64,000 nt of DNA from Ginglymostoma cirratum (GCA_024137785.1 JAHRHZ010000066.1:24981069-25045068); one strand, 5' to 3'; shown: positions 1 through 59,880, numbered from the stretch's first letter. The notes: generated by a model not told the origin, from the sequence alone. Numbers and translations: made by a program.

Positions 1-1674
1 TGGAGGACTTAACTGCAGTAAGTATATGCTGCTGATGAAAATAGACTAAACGTGACACTGCAGAGCGAGAAATGATTCTGTGTAGCCAAGTGACTGATCA
101 GAAGGTCGTCTTCATGGCAAAGTCCTACCAGCTTGAGCAGTTGCAGGCATACACTCCTAGTTTGCTTGCAAAGAACAATGATGAAAGATTAAATAATGTG
201 TAACTTGGCAAATGTAGTGGCTTGATTACAAATCTCCTAGGGGAATTGATCTTGGAATGAAACATGTTGGTTAATGTAACAGTCCTATTGTAATCTTGAA
301 TATTTTAAGTTGAATTATGATCAGATCAAATTGAACACTTGGTTATCTGATCTGAAACCAGAAAGCTTGCTTGTTAAACCCATCCACTTCCGGTAAGCAT
401 CTGGCACAAAAGAAACTAGCTTTTCAATGACTTGAAGTACAAATGCAGCATTAATGTTTCCAGCTGTGTGCTTTGGTTCCTTACTGGCTGTAGTATTTAC
501 TGACAGCTCAGCCAATATAAAGAGCTAACTATTTATCTGATGTGGCTCTCTTGGCAGCTAATGGATTTGAAAACCACACTAGGGCTCAGTTGATCTAAAC
601 AAGTGCCTTGTGCCCAAATTGAGGCGCAATGTAGGTTTAAGCTAGTGCAGATAGGATAAGTCACCTGTCTGCATATGCACTTCACATCTGTCCATCTCAA
701 TTGTGCATGTTTGAATTCTTGTTTCTTTTGTAGCAGTAGGTCTAAAGTTATCATGAATTGGATATGCTAAAAGTTTCACTGATCAGATTTTTAAAATTGT
801 TCAGTGCCTACTTGCTACAGTACAAAAAGCCACATTGCCAGATGAAACACTTGTAGAAATGAGTATTTCTCTTCTTCAATCTGATCATTGTAGTCTACTT
901 GGGATACTGTAGCTATTAGTGCTACTTGTGAGAATAACCTGTTTATTGTCTGTGGGTTCAGAATACTTCTAAAAAGCTCTTGACAGGGCTTTTGAGATTG
1001 CAAGTATTTTAGTCATTGACTCATAGGACATTTAAATCACTTGCTGGGATTTATTGCATGTCCCTAGTTGCCCTTGATTGGCTTTCTTGAACTGCTGTCT
1101 GTTGTACCTAAGTGCAATGTTAAGGTGGGAATGGTAGCATTTTGATAGTCAAGGAAAGGCAAATTTGAGGGACCTTAACTTTCTCATTCTTGTATTTCAA
1201 TATTAAGTTATTCGGGTGAAAGGTCCTCAATGGAGAGGCAGTGAACCAGAGGCAGGTGAGCATGGCTGCAGTGCTTCCACCTTCTAATTGGCACACTTGC
1301 ACCTCTGTAAAGCTTCACCACACTGGACCTCAGTGGGGGATGCCTCAGCAATGGCACTTAAAATCCTGAGGTTACAGTTCATCAGAAACCATATGAGGCT
1401 AGGAATTGTGGTGAGTAACACTCCAATTATCCACTTGACTGACTTGCCCAAGTTGAACGTAGTACCAATATTTAAAGCTTTACATCTGGACCAATGTGAT
1501 TGGTAACAAATCTGAGTGTTCACTCTCCCCTCCTGATGAACAGCAGAAATTAAAAGGTCCTTAGACAGCACTATTTGAATCTTTGACCCCTGCCATCTAG
1601 GATATGTAGGCAGCTGATGCATGGGAATGTGTGCACCTGCAAATACCCTTCTAAGCTGATCCATTTGGCTTAAG

Positions 1675-1972
1675 GGTGGCTCAGTGGTTAGCACTGCTGC
1701 CTCACAGCACCAGGGACCCAGGTTCGATTCCAGCCTCGGGTGACTGTCTGGAGTTTTCACATTCTCCGTGTCTCAGTTTCCTCCAGGTGCTCTGGTTTCC
1801 TCCCTCAATCCAAAGATGTGCAGGTTAGGTGGATTGGCCATGCTAAATTGCCCATAATGTTCAGGGATGTGTAGATTAGGTGAGTTACAAGGGGATGGGT
1901 GTGGTCAGGATACTCCAAGGTTCGATGTGGACTTGTTGGGCTGAAGGGCCTGTTTCCACACTGCAGGAATTC
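1675..1972 (+). mobile_element. HE1-like V-SINE, full length
   Basis: tRNA-derived head (ggtggctcagtggttagc...ggttcgattcc), V-core (ccaaagatgtgcaggttaggtggattggccatgctaaattgccc), CR1-type tail (gggctgaagggcctgtttcc). Confidence 0.8.
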
Positions 1973-1984
1973 TAATAGATTTCA

Positions 1985-2145
1985 TGACTTGAAACATCAC
2001 TCTTCTTTGTCACTAAGCACACTAACTGAAAATATTGTGGCTGTACCCACCCCAAAAGGACTGCAGTATCGTAAGACATTTCTCAACCACTTTCTCAAGG
2101 AGTTGGGCATCAAATGCTGGGCCTGCCAATGATGCCCACACTCTC
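1985..2145 (+). mobile_element. 3' end of the CR1-like LINE family seen at 60.6-63.4 kb
   Basis: tgacttgaaa...attgtggctgtacc aligns by eye to 63351-63429, then continues into the tail gggcatcaaatgctgggcctgccaatgatgcccac. Confidence 0.6.
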
Positions 2146-2499
2146 AAATTCCTCCCATCTTAACTCTTGATATAATAGGTGGGAATTTATGGCCAGGTAC
2201 GACAGTCAAAGCACAAGTAGTGAGTTTTTACTACACAGTTGTTAGGCTGAGGCAGGCTGACTAGAAATGACTAAGAGGGAGTTGGGCTATGGAAGAGTGG
2301 CTTCAATTTTGCCTTTTTCTCTTGTAGGAATCTTGTCAAGTTTATTGATCATTCTTAAGCATTTTGGCATTTATTTTAAAATGTGTATATTGGGTTCTGA
2401 ATGTTAAATGCTGAAACAAGACTGCAGCATTTGACATAACTGACCTAAACTACTTATACCATACCTTGGGTGCCACCAGACCAGGTGAGTTTAGGCTTG

Positions 2500-3300
2500 C
2501 AGAATTTGGGCATCTAGCCCAGAAGTCTGATCTACCATTTGATCATGGCTGATGTGCTCCTCACCCCCATTATTCTGCCTTCTCACCATAACCTGGTAAT
2601 GGTTTAGGGGCTAAAAATCTAACTCTACTCCCTGTCCCATCATCCACTGCAGTGATAGCAAATTTCACAGGTTCACAAGACTTTGGGAGAAGGTTCTGAA
2701 ATTTATTGTTAAACTTGCAACCCCTTGTCCTAAGATGATCTGTCATCCTAGAATCTGAGGATGTATCTGCTCCATGTCTAATTTACCAATTCCTTCTAGA
2801 AATCAGTTTCCTCTTTTAGAATGAGGGGAGGGCTAAACCAGTCAAACACCATCTCTTGGATCAATCTACTGAACCTCCCTTGAACTGCCTCCAATGTCAC
2901 TAATCGTCCCTCAAATAAGGGGACCAAAACTGCACACAATACTCCAGATGCAGTCTCTCCAATGCCTTGTAGTTGTAACAATACTTGGTTTTATTGCTAA
3001 AGCAATAGAATATACAAGCTAGCATTCTATTTTCCTTTATCTGCTGTATTTGCATGCTAGTTTCCCTGACTCATGAACATGGACACCCAGATCCCTGTGC
3101 ACTGGAGCAACCTGAAGTCTGTTTATCTAATAGGTTGTCTTTCGACTTGTTCTGACCAAAATGCATGACCTCACACTTACCTATCCATATCCATTTGTAA
3201 GGCTTTTATTTCCTCAATGCAATTTATCCTACCTTTTGGTGGTTGTCCACAAATTTTGACAAGACCACCTATCCCTGTTTTGGTCATTAATGTAAGTAGC
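2500..3300 (-). mobile_element. Old CR1-like LINE 3' fragment
   Basis: Degenerate match to the younger copy at 27245-28200 (gatcatggctgat, ggaccaaaactgcacacaatactcca). Confidence 0.6.
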
Positions 3301-4794
3301 TGGTGGACCTCATTGTTTGCTTTCATCTTTTGAGATGGAGTAGAAGTCAGTGTTGAGGTTTGGCTTTCTGCCAGCTTTAGGAGATGAGACTTTGGTGTAC
3401 CATTCGATGCTTCAGTTTGCATCTTTTACTACACCAAGAGTTGAAAGCATCAAAACCCTTGTTGATCCTGATTTTCCTGTGTACTAGATTAGTCTGCATC
3501 AAAGTCCAGTGATTTGGTTTCCTGTTGCAGTTTGATGCTTTAAACAGCAGTTTTGCATCCTTCCTGGAATTCACTTATCTACAGTTTCTGCTGATTTAAA
3601 AATAGCTTCCAGGAAAGTGGTAAATTGTTTACAAAACACAAACTTCAGATTTGGCATTTTTGACTGCCCTAAAACCAGTTACTTCAACACTTGACTAGAA
3701 AACCCAGTTTCTTAAGCTTGACATTAATTGCTTGTTGTTGTTACAGGTCAGTCCTCTTAAAATCTAGTTACTAGTTAACTTGATGTAAAGTGAAACGCAA
3801 AGTCTGACTTTATTCCCATACAGAATACACATTACACCTTTTGAATGATAAATCAAACTTGCCATTGGTAGAAAGGGAACGGGTCTTAGAATTTTTAATA
3901 CTGAACTTCAGGGTCAAGAATCATCATAGCTAATTTGTTGAACATGCAGACTGGTTGGCATACTCAAGTAACTAGTTAACTAAATCTGCTTACAAAAAAG
4001 TTGTGCACTTTAATTGACCTCTTGGATCCTGGGACTAGCTGGTTCTTGTCCCATGGCAAGGAAAATGAGCACTGTATAATACCATTGAGGTATTCTTGCA
4101 TAGTTCAGTTATTTGACATTGCACACTTCTAGACTTGCTGCATAGTCTGTCTTTTAAGATAGTGGTTAGACATTGAGCTTTGCCTTGTTCAATGTTGCTG
4201 AATGTTTGTTTGGCTTCCAACAACCTCTCTTTGTATGGTGCCCCAATGAAGGGAGGCAGTGGACAGTCTGAAGTGACCTTCCCCATTCCAAGTAACTTCT
4301 ACCTGATGAGAAATTCTTTTCTGCTTTGACTAATCAGTTTAACCTTCTGCCCAGGTGTAAACAGCTGAACTTTCTCTAGAAAATCTGAAGTCATTATAAA
4401 TACTCTGCCTATTTGCATTTGTCTGCCTCCATCTTGAGGCATGAAGGAATTTTTCCTCATCTATGGCTGCCTGCCTGCCTTTTTCTTTCCCATTTTGTTT
4501 TTCCCTGCATTCTTGAGTGAAGTCCTTTAATTTGAGAAGCCATCACTACCACTGGTTTACATAGCCTTTGTTGAGACAACTTAATCATCTGTCTAAATAT
4601 TAAATTGACATTAAGATTATGCATGACTTAGTCTGCAGACTTGTTTCAGAGCGACTCCATTTAAAATGGATGGCAAGTGCACTTTAGTGTTCAACACTTC
4701 TGATGCTGTGTAAACTGAAACACTGCAACTTGCAGTGTTAGTACAAGTTAGATTAATTACATTGCACTGATTACCTTCCAAACACCTCAAAGTG

Positions 4795-5355
4795 ACAGGC
4801 CTTGACATTTAAGGCTGCATTCGACTAAGTGTGGCATCAAGGAGCCCTAGCAAGACTGGAATTAATGGGTACTGAAGGCAAACTCTCCAGATTGGGGTCC
4901 TAACTGGCACATAGGAAGATGGTATGGTGGTTGAGGGTCAGTTATCTTCTCCAGGGCATTTCTGTAGGAGCTCCTCAGTGTCCTAGGCCCAGCTGTCTTC
5001 AGTTTTAATGTCCTTCTGCATCATGAAGTCAAAAGTGAAGATGTTCCCTATGCAGTGTTCAGCACCATTCTCAAATCGACTGATTCAGCAATGTTCAAAT
5101 GCAACTAGATCTGGACAACCATACTTGGGCTCAAATGAGAGAACACTTGTACCATATGACAATTGTGACCATCACAAATAAGAGACAACCTGACTGCTGG
5201 CTGATTTAAATGGTATTACCGTCACTATCACCATCCTAGGGTTACTATTTTCCAGAAACTCAACTGGATTCTCTCTCAAACACTCTACAAGAGCAGGTCA
5301 GAAGCTAAGAATACTAGCGAGTATCTCACCTGATTCCCAAAAGCCTGTTCACCAG
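4795..5355 (+). mobile_element. Degenerate RT fragment, same family as the LINE at 62420-63030
   Basis: ccttgacatttaaggctgcattcgactaagtgtggcatcaaggagccctagc matches 62431-62482. Confidence 0.75.
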
Positions 5356-5845
5356 TGTCCAGTCTGTGCCCTTAATATTGTAGACCTCACTTTTTTAGTG
5401 AAAACAACCCAAGTTTCTCCAACCTCTCAGCATAGCTAATGCTGTCCATACCAGGCAACATCCTAGTAAATCTTTTCTGTGCCCTCTCCAAAGCTGCCAC
5501 ATCTGGTGTTGTGGCAGCCAGAATTGAACACCATATTCCAAATGCAGACTAATAGAGATTCTATAAAACTGTGACATTACCTGCTGGTTTTTAAACTCAG
5601 TGCCCTAGCCAATGAATGCAAGCATGCCATATGTCTTGACTACCTTTTCCACCTGCATTGCCACTCTGGTACCTGTACACCCAGATCCCTCTGCCTCTCA
5701 GTACTCAAGGGTTCTGCCACTACTGTATATTTGCCATCTGGATTAGACCTTCAAATGCATTACCTCACATTTTTTCCAGATTAAACTCCATCTGCCATCT
5801 CTCTGCCCAAGTTACCAATCAATCTATATCTAGTTGTATCCAGGA
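5356..5845 (-). mobile_element. CR1/HER1-like fragment
   Basis: Minus-strand translation includes HLEYGVQFW. Confidence 0.7.
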
Positions 5846-5849
5846 GATC

Positions 5850-6835
5850 AACATTTGAGGTTCATTCAGTAGTCTAAATGAGAATCTCAGTACATGTATT
5901 CAAAACTTTATCTGCCTGGCAGGAGGGAGGAAGTGTGTATCCAGAATGGGATGGGCTTTTGGTTGCTTTCTTGAGGCAGCAGTAAATATAGATGGAGTGA
6001 GTGGATGGCTGGTTTGTGATGGATTGGGTTGTGTTCACAACTCACTTCCTGTGGTCTTGGGCAGAGAAGTTGCCTGAACACATGGATTCATCCAGGTAGG
6101 GTGCTTTCTGTGGTGCATCTCTTAGAATTGGTAGGAGTCCTTGTGGATTTGCTGAATTTCCCTCTACTGAGCAAGTAGAGATGTTGTGCTTTCTGGACCC
6201 TTTGTGGATGGACCAGTACAGATTGGTGATATTTATGCCTAGGAGCACGATGCTGTCTACAAGCTCCATGTTTGCACCCATGCAGACAGGGGCACGGCCT
6301 CCACTCTACTTCCTAAAGTCAATCACCAGTTCCTTCACCTCTTTCTGTGGAGAGAAACTGTTAATAGCATGGTGTCAAGGCACAATCTTTGCCTGTATTG
6401 TCTTGAGATCCAACCCAGTATGGTATTGTCAGCAAACCTGTAAATGGAGTTGAGGCAGATTTGACCACCCTTCAGTGCAGGAGAAAGTATAAGGAATCTG
6501 AATATGCAGCTTTGCAGGGCGGTGATGCCTCCATAGACTGCAGAAGGTCAAGGATCCAGTTGAAGGGGGTGCTGAGACCTAGGTTTCAGATTAAGATGAG
6601 CTTGTTTGGAATTGTGGTGTTGAAGCCACTTGCAGTCAACAGGTAGGAGCCAGATAAATTATCCTTGTCAACCAGATGGTCCAGGGAGCTAGCATGTGCT
6701 GTGCATCTGTTGTACCAGTAGGGCAAATTGTAAGGATCAAGGCAATATGGTAGGCTGAAGTTGATATTAGCATGACTAAACTCAAAGTACTCCATAATTA
6801 GAGGTCAGAAGCACACTGCAAGGTTTTTTGGCACT
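5850..6835 (-). mobile_element. Degenerate Rex1/Babar-like LINE RT fragment
   Basis: Minus-strand DHLVDKD...SGFNTTIPNKLI resembles the Rex1-type LDNKD..YSSAFNTIIP motif. Confidence 0.55.
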
Positions 6836-6849
6836 GAGATGGACAGTAG

Positions 6850-7072
6850 ATACATGGGTGCACCACTTGCAAAATCTTCACCCGAGCCACACTCACCCTG
6901 ACTTGGTGATAGTCACTATTTGTTAACTGTGATGCATCATGAATCCTGGATACCTTCCCTTCTGGCACTATGGGTCAGCCCATAGCAGATTCAAGAAGAC
7001 ACCATGTCACTACCCTAAGGACTGTCATGGTCTAGCAAGAAATGCTAGCCAGCCAGCAACACCAATATCCCT
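6850..7072 (+). mobile_element. 3' end of the CR1-like LINE family seen at 60.6-63.4 kb
   Basis: Matches 63300-63430 and ends in the aaatgctagccagccagcaacacc tail. Confidence 0.6.
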
Positions 7073-8599
7073 TAAAGGGGCCTAGGCTTATCATTAAAAC
7101 AAGCCAAACTAGTGAAGGGAAAGTGGTGTGCGTACACCAGTGTCAGCATAGGAATGTGACTTATCCAAACATGGTGTTGTTGAATCCTTCATTTTATACA
7201 CCACCAATTCTTTCAAGCTAGTATACTAGAATTTCCCCCTCTACCTTGGGATAAATGGGAAAATAATCCAAATATCAAGTAGTTGTGGAGTTAATTGAAT
7301 ACCACAATGATTAACCATTATTGTTTAGAATTGTATACAGTTGTAACATTGTGCTGCAAAGTTGAAATATTAATGCATGTGGTTTAATGGGGTAACTCAA
7401 ATTTCAGCTGTTTTGTCCCTTCTTTATTTATCCTCATCCCTCCCTCTCAGGAAGGGAAATGTTCCTGAAATTTACCTTGTTTTTGGGGTTATACATCTCA
7501 AATTCTGTTTGTCCACTGATCTGCATGGATCAGCTAAGTGTTTGAGATTGAACTTTAAGAATTTGAGGTCTGACTTCTGTGGCCTGCTAAACATTGTTGG
7601 AACACTTGCCATATTTTCCTCTTTGATATTTTGACTTCAATTCTTACTCCCTCTTCCTAGAAGTGATCAAGAGTTTCTGGCTTCAGTTGTGCCAGTGAGT
7701 GAAATGCAGGTTTAGTTTGTGTACAAACTTGCTTTGTTTCCCCCATGGGAAGTAGTTTTGGTTTTTAATGTACCTGTTCAGTTGCACTTTACAAAAGTGT
7801 AACTTGCAACTTATTTTGCATCTATCAAGCAGTCAGATGTTGACTGAAGTTTAAACTATTTATTTTTACCCTGGGGTGATTCCACTCCATCTGCTGCCAG
7901 ACACTCCAAGTTGAATGACCCTTAATTCTCCTTCTTCCAACCCCCCCCCCCCCCATAGTATGAATACAATGCTACCCAAGTCTAAGAGATTTGTCAATTA
8001 TGCAGAAAAGGACAAATTACTTGCACTCAACTACTTGCCTAAGAACACAACAATTTTAATATTAAGGTTCCAAGATGCCTTGCATGCTGTCATTTTGTTG
8101 TTATGGTTGGTTGTGTCAAGTCAAAACAGCAATGATCTTTCAGCTTGTGTACTAATGCGGTCCACTTGAAGGTCACCCATACTGGGCTATGGGTCTAGAT
8201 ATTGGCAAGCTTCCAACACTTTGGCTTGACTGGATAAAGCCAGATGGGCAATAGATTTGACACTAGCACAGTTGGGGTTGGTTTTGATCCCTCCCAGAGC
8301 ACAAGTCTTGATTTCACAACATCCTCAAGCCAGAAGTCAACTGTAGAATCCCTCTACACCATAATCATGATATGGAAGTTTCTAGGCCTGTGGCAGTACT
8401 AATTTTATTAAACTGGTAACCTGTGATCTGTTTGTGTACTTAGAAATGAATGTAAAGTAGGATTTGTGTAAGTGCATACTTCTTTCTTTGCATGAACCTG
8501 GAGTTCCTGATTAGCTACCTTTTGTAATCAGGCACAGGTTTTAACTCATAAGTCACTAAATCTTTGAAGCAGTGTAACTTTCTTCCATAGTTCAAGCAT

Positions 8600-8776
8600 A
8601 TCCAGGTTGGGTGGATTGGTCAAGTTAAATTGCCCTGTAGCATGCAGGCAAAGTGGACTTTCCATGGGAATTGCAGAGTGACAGGGAATAGGGCACAAGA
8701 GTAGGTCTTGGTGTGATGCTGGTCAGAAGGTTGACTTGATGGGCTGAACAGTCTGCTTTGACACTGTAGGGATTCT
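8600..8776 (+). mobile_element. 5'-truncated HE1-like SINE
   Basis: caggttgggtggattgg...aaattgccc...gggctgaa...acactgtagggattct. Confidence 0.65.
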
Positions 8777-9304
8777 GTCAGTTATTGACAACCATTCTGT
8801 TTCTGCACCAATTTTGAAATGTTGTGAAAATTTCTTTCAGTCACATTCTAGAATTGCAGGATTCTCCTCCATGTGCTGAACTCTGCAACTGAATCCCTTC
8901 TACATGGCAAATGGTGAACTTGCTGAATATCTTAACCAAGTCCTTGATTCCTTAGACAACAAGGACCGCAGATGCTGGCAGATAGTCTACAGGAGTGAGG
9001 CTGAAAAGCACAGTGAGTCAGACTGCAGCCAAAGAACAGGCAAGTCATTGCCTTGGCTGCTGCTCAGATGCTGTCTGTCTTGCTGTGCTCTTCCAGTCTC
9101 CTTAATTACTTGAGCTGGTTTAACTTTGACAATTTCCTAGTTTGCCCCTTTCCCATAACTGCAGCTTTGGACAATCTTGGCAACTCTCGTTCCAGCATCT
9201 GAATTACTGGCAATTTAAATGGATGCTACAACTGTAGTCTGGTTCTAGTGGTCAGTGTCACCATTGTTTCCACCCTTTTTGAATTGGACAATCTCAAGTA
9301 TCTC

Positions 9305-9520
9305 GAAACAAACCAAAAGAACAGCAGATGCTACAGATCAGGAACAAAAACAAAGTTGCTGGAGAGGCTCAGCAGGTCTGGCAGCATCTGTAGGAGAAAA
9401 CAGTTAATGTTCTTGGTCCAGTGACCCAAACTAGAGTTTTAAGGAAGGGTCACCACACCTGAAACATTAGCTCTGTTTTCTCCTTCTCACTAATATGCAG
9501 CAGGTCTGGCAACATCTAAA
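9305..9520. repeat. Penelope-derived inverted repeat with degenerate hammerhead motifs
   Basis: Two opposed copies of the family seen at 20870-21001. Confidence 0.65.
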
Positions 9521-11731
9521 CACCCTAGCTAGACATTTATAGTGTAGCAGTGACCAGAGTTTTAAAAAATGAATCAAGTCACACCATCCAGGACTCTGGG
9601 AACTACTTGTCTGTTAATGAATCTTTCTCCTAAATCTTGAGCCTAAGCTTTAACTGGACCAAGGCCCCTAGTTGCTGAACTCTATTTTACTAGTCAGTTG
9701 TTTAAAGCATTATAACCTAATTGTGATTAAATCATATTTTGGCTTTTAATACATTGAATTGAAACATTTCCACACCTAAATAGCATTTCTTGTCTTTCCC
9801 CAAAACTAATTTTGTCTACTGACCTATAGTCTACACTTACAGATCTCTGATTTTAAGGCCTTTATGGTCTTTAACAATGATAGCCTGTCACATTACAAAA
9901 TTCACTAGAAGTGAGGGCACTGCAGGTAGATAGCAATGAACTCTGTTCCAGCAAACCAATAGACTTGAACTGTAACTTCTCCTTTTTATTGTAGAAGAGC
10001 AGTCGTCTTCAAAAATAACCTCAGACACTGTTATTGTGGCCAGAGCAACAGTGCTTTAAACATGAGTGGCTTGCCTACCCCAGCTGTCTTCAAGAAACTC
10101 AGGCCTGAGTTGGAATATGTACTTTAAGTTTGGCGTTGAATCAGTTGTCTAGTGTTCATTCATCCTAATCTGTCACCTATCGAGTTCCTCCCTTGATCAT
10201 TGAGGACTTGTACTGTTAACAGCAAGTTAACATTCAGCAACATATGCTGAGCAAGCTCCACTTGCAAGTTTGATGCTCAGCATCTCATAATTGCAGACAC
10301 ATTATTCCAAAGATTGGAATAAAATGTACAGTGCAGACAGATGGTATGAACAGCATGTCTGTCCTTCAAAAGATGTCTTTACAAGAGAATCTTGACTGCA
10401 AAACTGGTAAGCACTACTTGAATTTGTGCAGCAAGCAGAGTTCTCTCCCTTACAGCTGACAAGGGCAAAACTGACTTGGAATGTCTAAGATAATGTAGAG
10501 TGACACAAACACTAATGTGGTACCTGCTTTCCAAATTATTGTTGCTACAGACTGAAGAACTGTCTAAATCTCATGAGACCTAGCTATAGAATTACTTTAC
10601 TGTATCATTTTAAGTCCACTTTCACTTGACTGCATCTGGTTTTGCACAAATGTGGCAACCATGTGACTATTTATCTCCAGTAAAACAAGTGGGCTAGATC
10701 ATGTAAGGAATTTTGACAAAAAGACTTGGTCAGTACCAAATGAATGGCATGTGTATTTCCTAATTTAACTAGGTTCTATAAAATCAGTGTTTGGATTTAA
10801 AAATCTGAACATTTGTGATCTGGAAAAATACTATATTACCAACTTTGTTAGTTTATGCCCAAATTGCACATCTGAACCCAGTGCCGCAAGTTCTTAAATA
10901 CTTGCAACCCCAGTCACCCCTCTTGCTTTCTAGGCCTTTGTATAGGTTAATGATTAAGTTAGCTTAACTAATCACCCATTCCTGCAGTCAAATAGAATGG
11001 TGGCATTGTTCCACTCCTAACTTGAGATCCTGCAGTTGTCTGCTAGTTTTATTGAACTCATGTGCCATTTTAGATTACAGAAGGGTTTATTGCACCACTT
11101 TGTCAGCAGGGTGAACTCATGTGAATTTGTCTTGGTGGTTCTTGAGGTGTAATAACATGAATGATCTCATCTCAGAATGCTGGATTCCCCAACTTGATAG
11201 TTGAAATAACAATTTTTGGTTTGTCTTGTTTACCCTTTAGCATGTTCACATCACCAATTACATTGAATTTGCACTTGGAACCAAATAAGATTTCTTACTT
11301 GCACTTGGAGAACTAAAATACTTGGTTGCACCATGACCAAAGAATGCAAATGTGTTCAAGCCAGGGTTGTAAGCAGTTAACTTCAGTTAAATATTGCTAT
11401 AAACCTGCTTTACACTCTTGGTAGGGCTAGGTCATTATCTTGAGGTTCAAGTTTTTGTGCACTTTTTTTTTAATTTTGGTGTCCAGTCACTTAAATTTTT
11501 CCCCCAGGCAGTTGTTCAAAATTTCAACTTTGCAGCCTTCAACAGTAATGCTGGAGTAGAATCGATTGTAGCAAACAGTTTGAATATGCATAATGTATCA
11601 ATCCCTTCAGATATTGCTTTAGGGCTTGTATTATTATCTTTGCACAAAAAAATTTAATGCAATTTGAGTTATGGAACCCAGAGTTTCCAGCTCCTGCTAG
11701 AGCAATGATCCCTTGAGCTTTACCATTGTGA

Positions 11732-57826
<46,095 letters not shown>

Positions 57827-58660
57827 GGCAAAAGTTTCCAAGTAACTTCTGCTCAGCATCTGCCAGTTTCCCTCCATCTTGCAACAGGGAAGAGAAAGCA
57901 AAGCTCTTTATATTATATGTCATGAAGGACTTCAATCTGTCTTTTTTTTTTTCTAGTTCTGAATGTTTGGATCACAGCTGTCTAACTCATCCCTCACATT
58001 CCATGTTAATTAGATGTGATTTTTATTTGAAGGGGAATGGTTGTTGCATTTAAAGTGCTCAGTGTGAGCTCATGTCCTGCAATACAGTCTATTGTAAAGA
58101 TTTGCACTCTAGTGAGACAATACTTTTCGTGTAGTATTCCCAACTCTGAGCAGCTTGTGGCTGTATTTAAAAAAAAAAAAAAAAAAGCAGTAAATCCTAT
58201 TGTATTCATTATAGTAGAAGTTGAGTACAGGACTTGGCTGCTTATGTTATGTTAAGCAACAAAAACACTAATCACAGTGCACCCAACACCATGATCTAAA
58301 TGTTGGAAATTGAGTTTGTTTTAAAAAAAAAAGTTTGGAAGTTCACCTGACTTGTGATTTAAAGTTGGACCCTCCCAATCTATGCAGGCTGTTTTAAAAC
58401 CATGCAGAGGTCTTTAAAGCCCCTACTACAACTGTTCCCTCCTTCATTAAGGATGGCCTGCTGTGCTAATGTGGGACCACTATTTTGACAGTCCCTAAAC
58501 CCAGTCTGTTTCCAACCCTGTGCTAGGTCTTGCATTTGCTGGATATTGTGGTGTGTTAGGTCACTGTCTTTGAGTGTACAGAATAAAGAATTAACTCCTG
58601 TCAGTTTTTTGTGCAATTTGAAAGCAGATTGGAAATAAAAACAGGACTATGAATTTTTTT
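57827..58660 (+). other. CLTC: CLTC 3'UTR (approximate end)
   Basis: AT-rich, apparently repeat-free stretch after the stop codon, ending at tandem AATAAA hexamers. Confidence 0.7.
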
Positions 58661-58670
58661 GTCCTTTGTT
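58582..58670 (+). terminator. Polyadenylation signals (AATAAA 58582-58587 and 58634-58639)
   Basis: Both hexamers are followed by T/GT-rich downstream elements (tttttttgtg; tttttttgtcctttgtt). Confidence 0.65.
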
Positions 58671-59129
58671 TCATGCTAGATCACTTCTGACTAGTCATAA
58701 CTGGCTCTATCTGATGGAGTATGTAAAGAAATGGGACTACAGTTTCTAGATAACTAACCAGGATCCTCAGATGAGCATCTTGTTTAATAGAATTAAGTAT
58801 ACAACCCAGTAACATACCAGTGAACATGTGTAGGTTCCACTTAACCATTTCACTTCCATTTCTAAACCAGTTTATGAATGTTATCTAAAGTGAAATCCAG
58901 AAGTAGAGGTCAAGCCTGCAACTGAACACCTATTTGGATAGATACATTCTACAGCTTTTTTGGAAGTTAACACTACTCCAAATACAGTTCCTAGCTTTCC
59001 AATACTAGGGAAGCAATGACGAGCACATCATCCAGTGAATAGCCCACAGACTCACCATCTGATCTGGCAGGATTCAAAGTTGGGTCTCTAGAATAGTGGT
59101 TGAGACTTATTCTGTAAAATCTAGAGTTA

Positions 59130-59880
59130 GTCATGACTAACTCAAACAATTGTCAATTTGCCCAAAGCCTATCTGGCTCATTAATATCTTTCAGAGGGAA
59201 ATCTGCCATCTTCACCTGGTTTGGCCTGTGGGGCTGAAGTCACAGGAATGTGGTTGACTGCCCTCAAAGCCCAAGCATTTTTAAACTGTTATCAATCACT
59301 ACATCTCAAAGAAATAAAACCAGACAGACTGGCTGTACAAACCTTTTGCAGGTTCAACAGGGCTCAGTCTTTTCTAGTGCAAAGGCCTCTGATCTGGGGC
59401 CTATTCTCAATATTGGGAGAGATATCTCAACCCCCTGAAGCTGAGGAATGATTGTCAGTGACAGCCCCAGCCACCCCTACCTCTCTCGCTGGATATGTCT
59501 TGTTACCACCAGGACAGACCCAGCAGAAGTAACAGCAGTGCTATACACTTGGGAAGTTGCCCTAGGATGACTGTTCTTTGATTCTGGACCCCATGAAGTC
59601 TCATGGCTTCAGGTTAAATGTGGGCAAGGAAACTGCCTGCTGACTTACCACCACCTATTGCCCTTGGCTAAATCAGTTCATGGTGAACAACACTTTTTAG
59701 AGTAAGCTTTTGATGTAGTCAAGGGTGTACCAGCTGAGGGAATGTCAGAGTGGCTCAGCAGCAGCACTCCTTTTCAAGCTAGTCAGCTTTGAAAGGAATA
59801 GCTGCTTGTGGGTCTGCAGCAGGTGACAAGGAAACAAAGGGTGGGGAAACATACTTTACCTTTATTCAACCAGCAGATCG
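59130..59880 (+). mobile_element. Older 5' fragment of the LINE at 60.1-63.4 kb (SINE-like body continuing into endonuclease region)
   Basis: Collinear with 60480-61300, e.g. caggacagacccagcaga and ccatgaagtctcatg...gttaaatgtgggcaaggaaac. Confidence 0.7.

Noticed and set aside
1675-1740. tRNA gene (also 27060-27135 and 29235-29290)
   Set aside because: A/B boxes are present, but they run into SINE bodies and tails and do not form a full cloverleaf.
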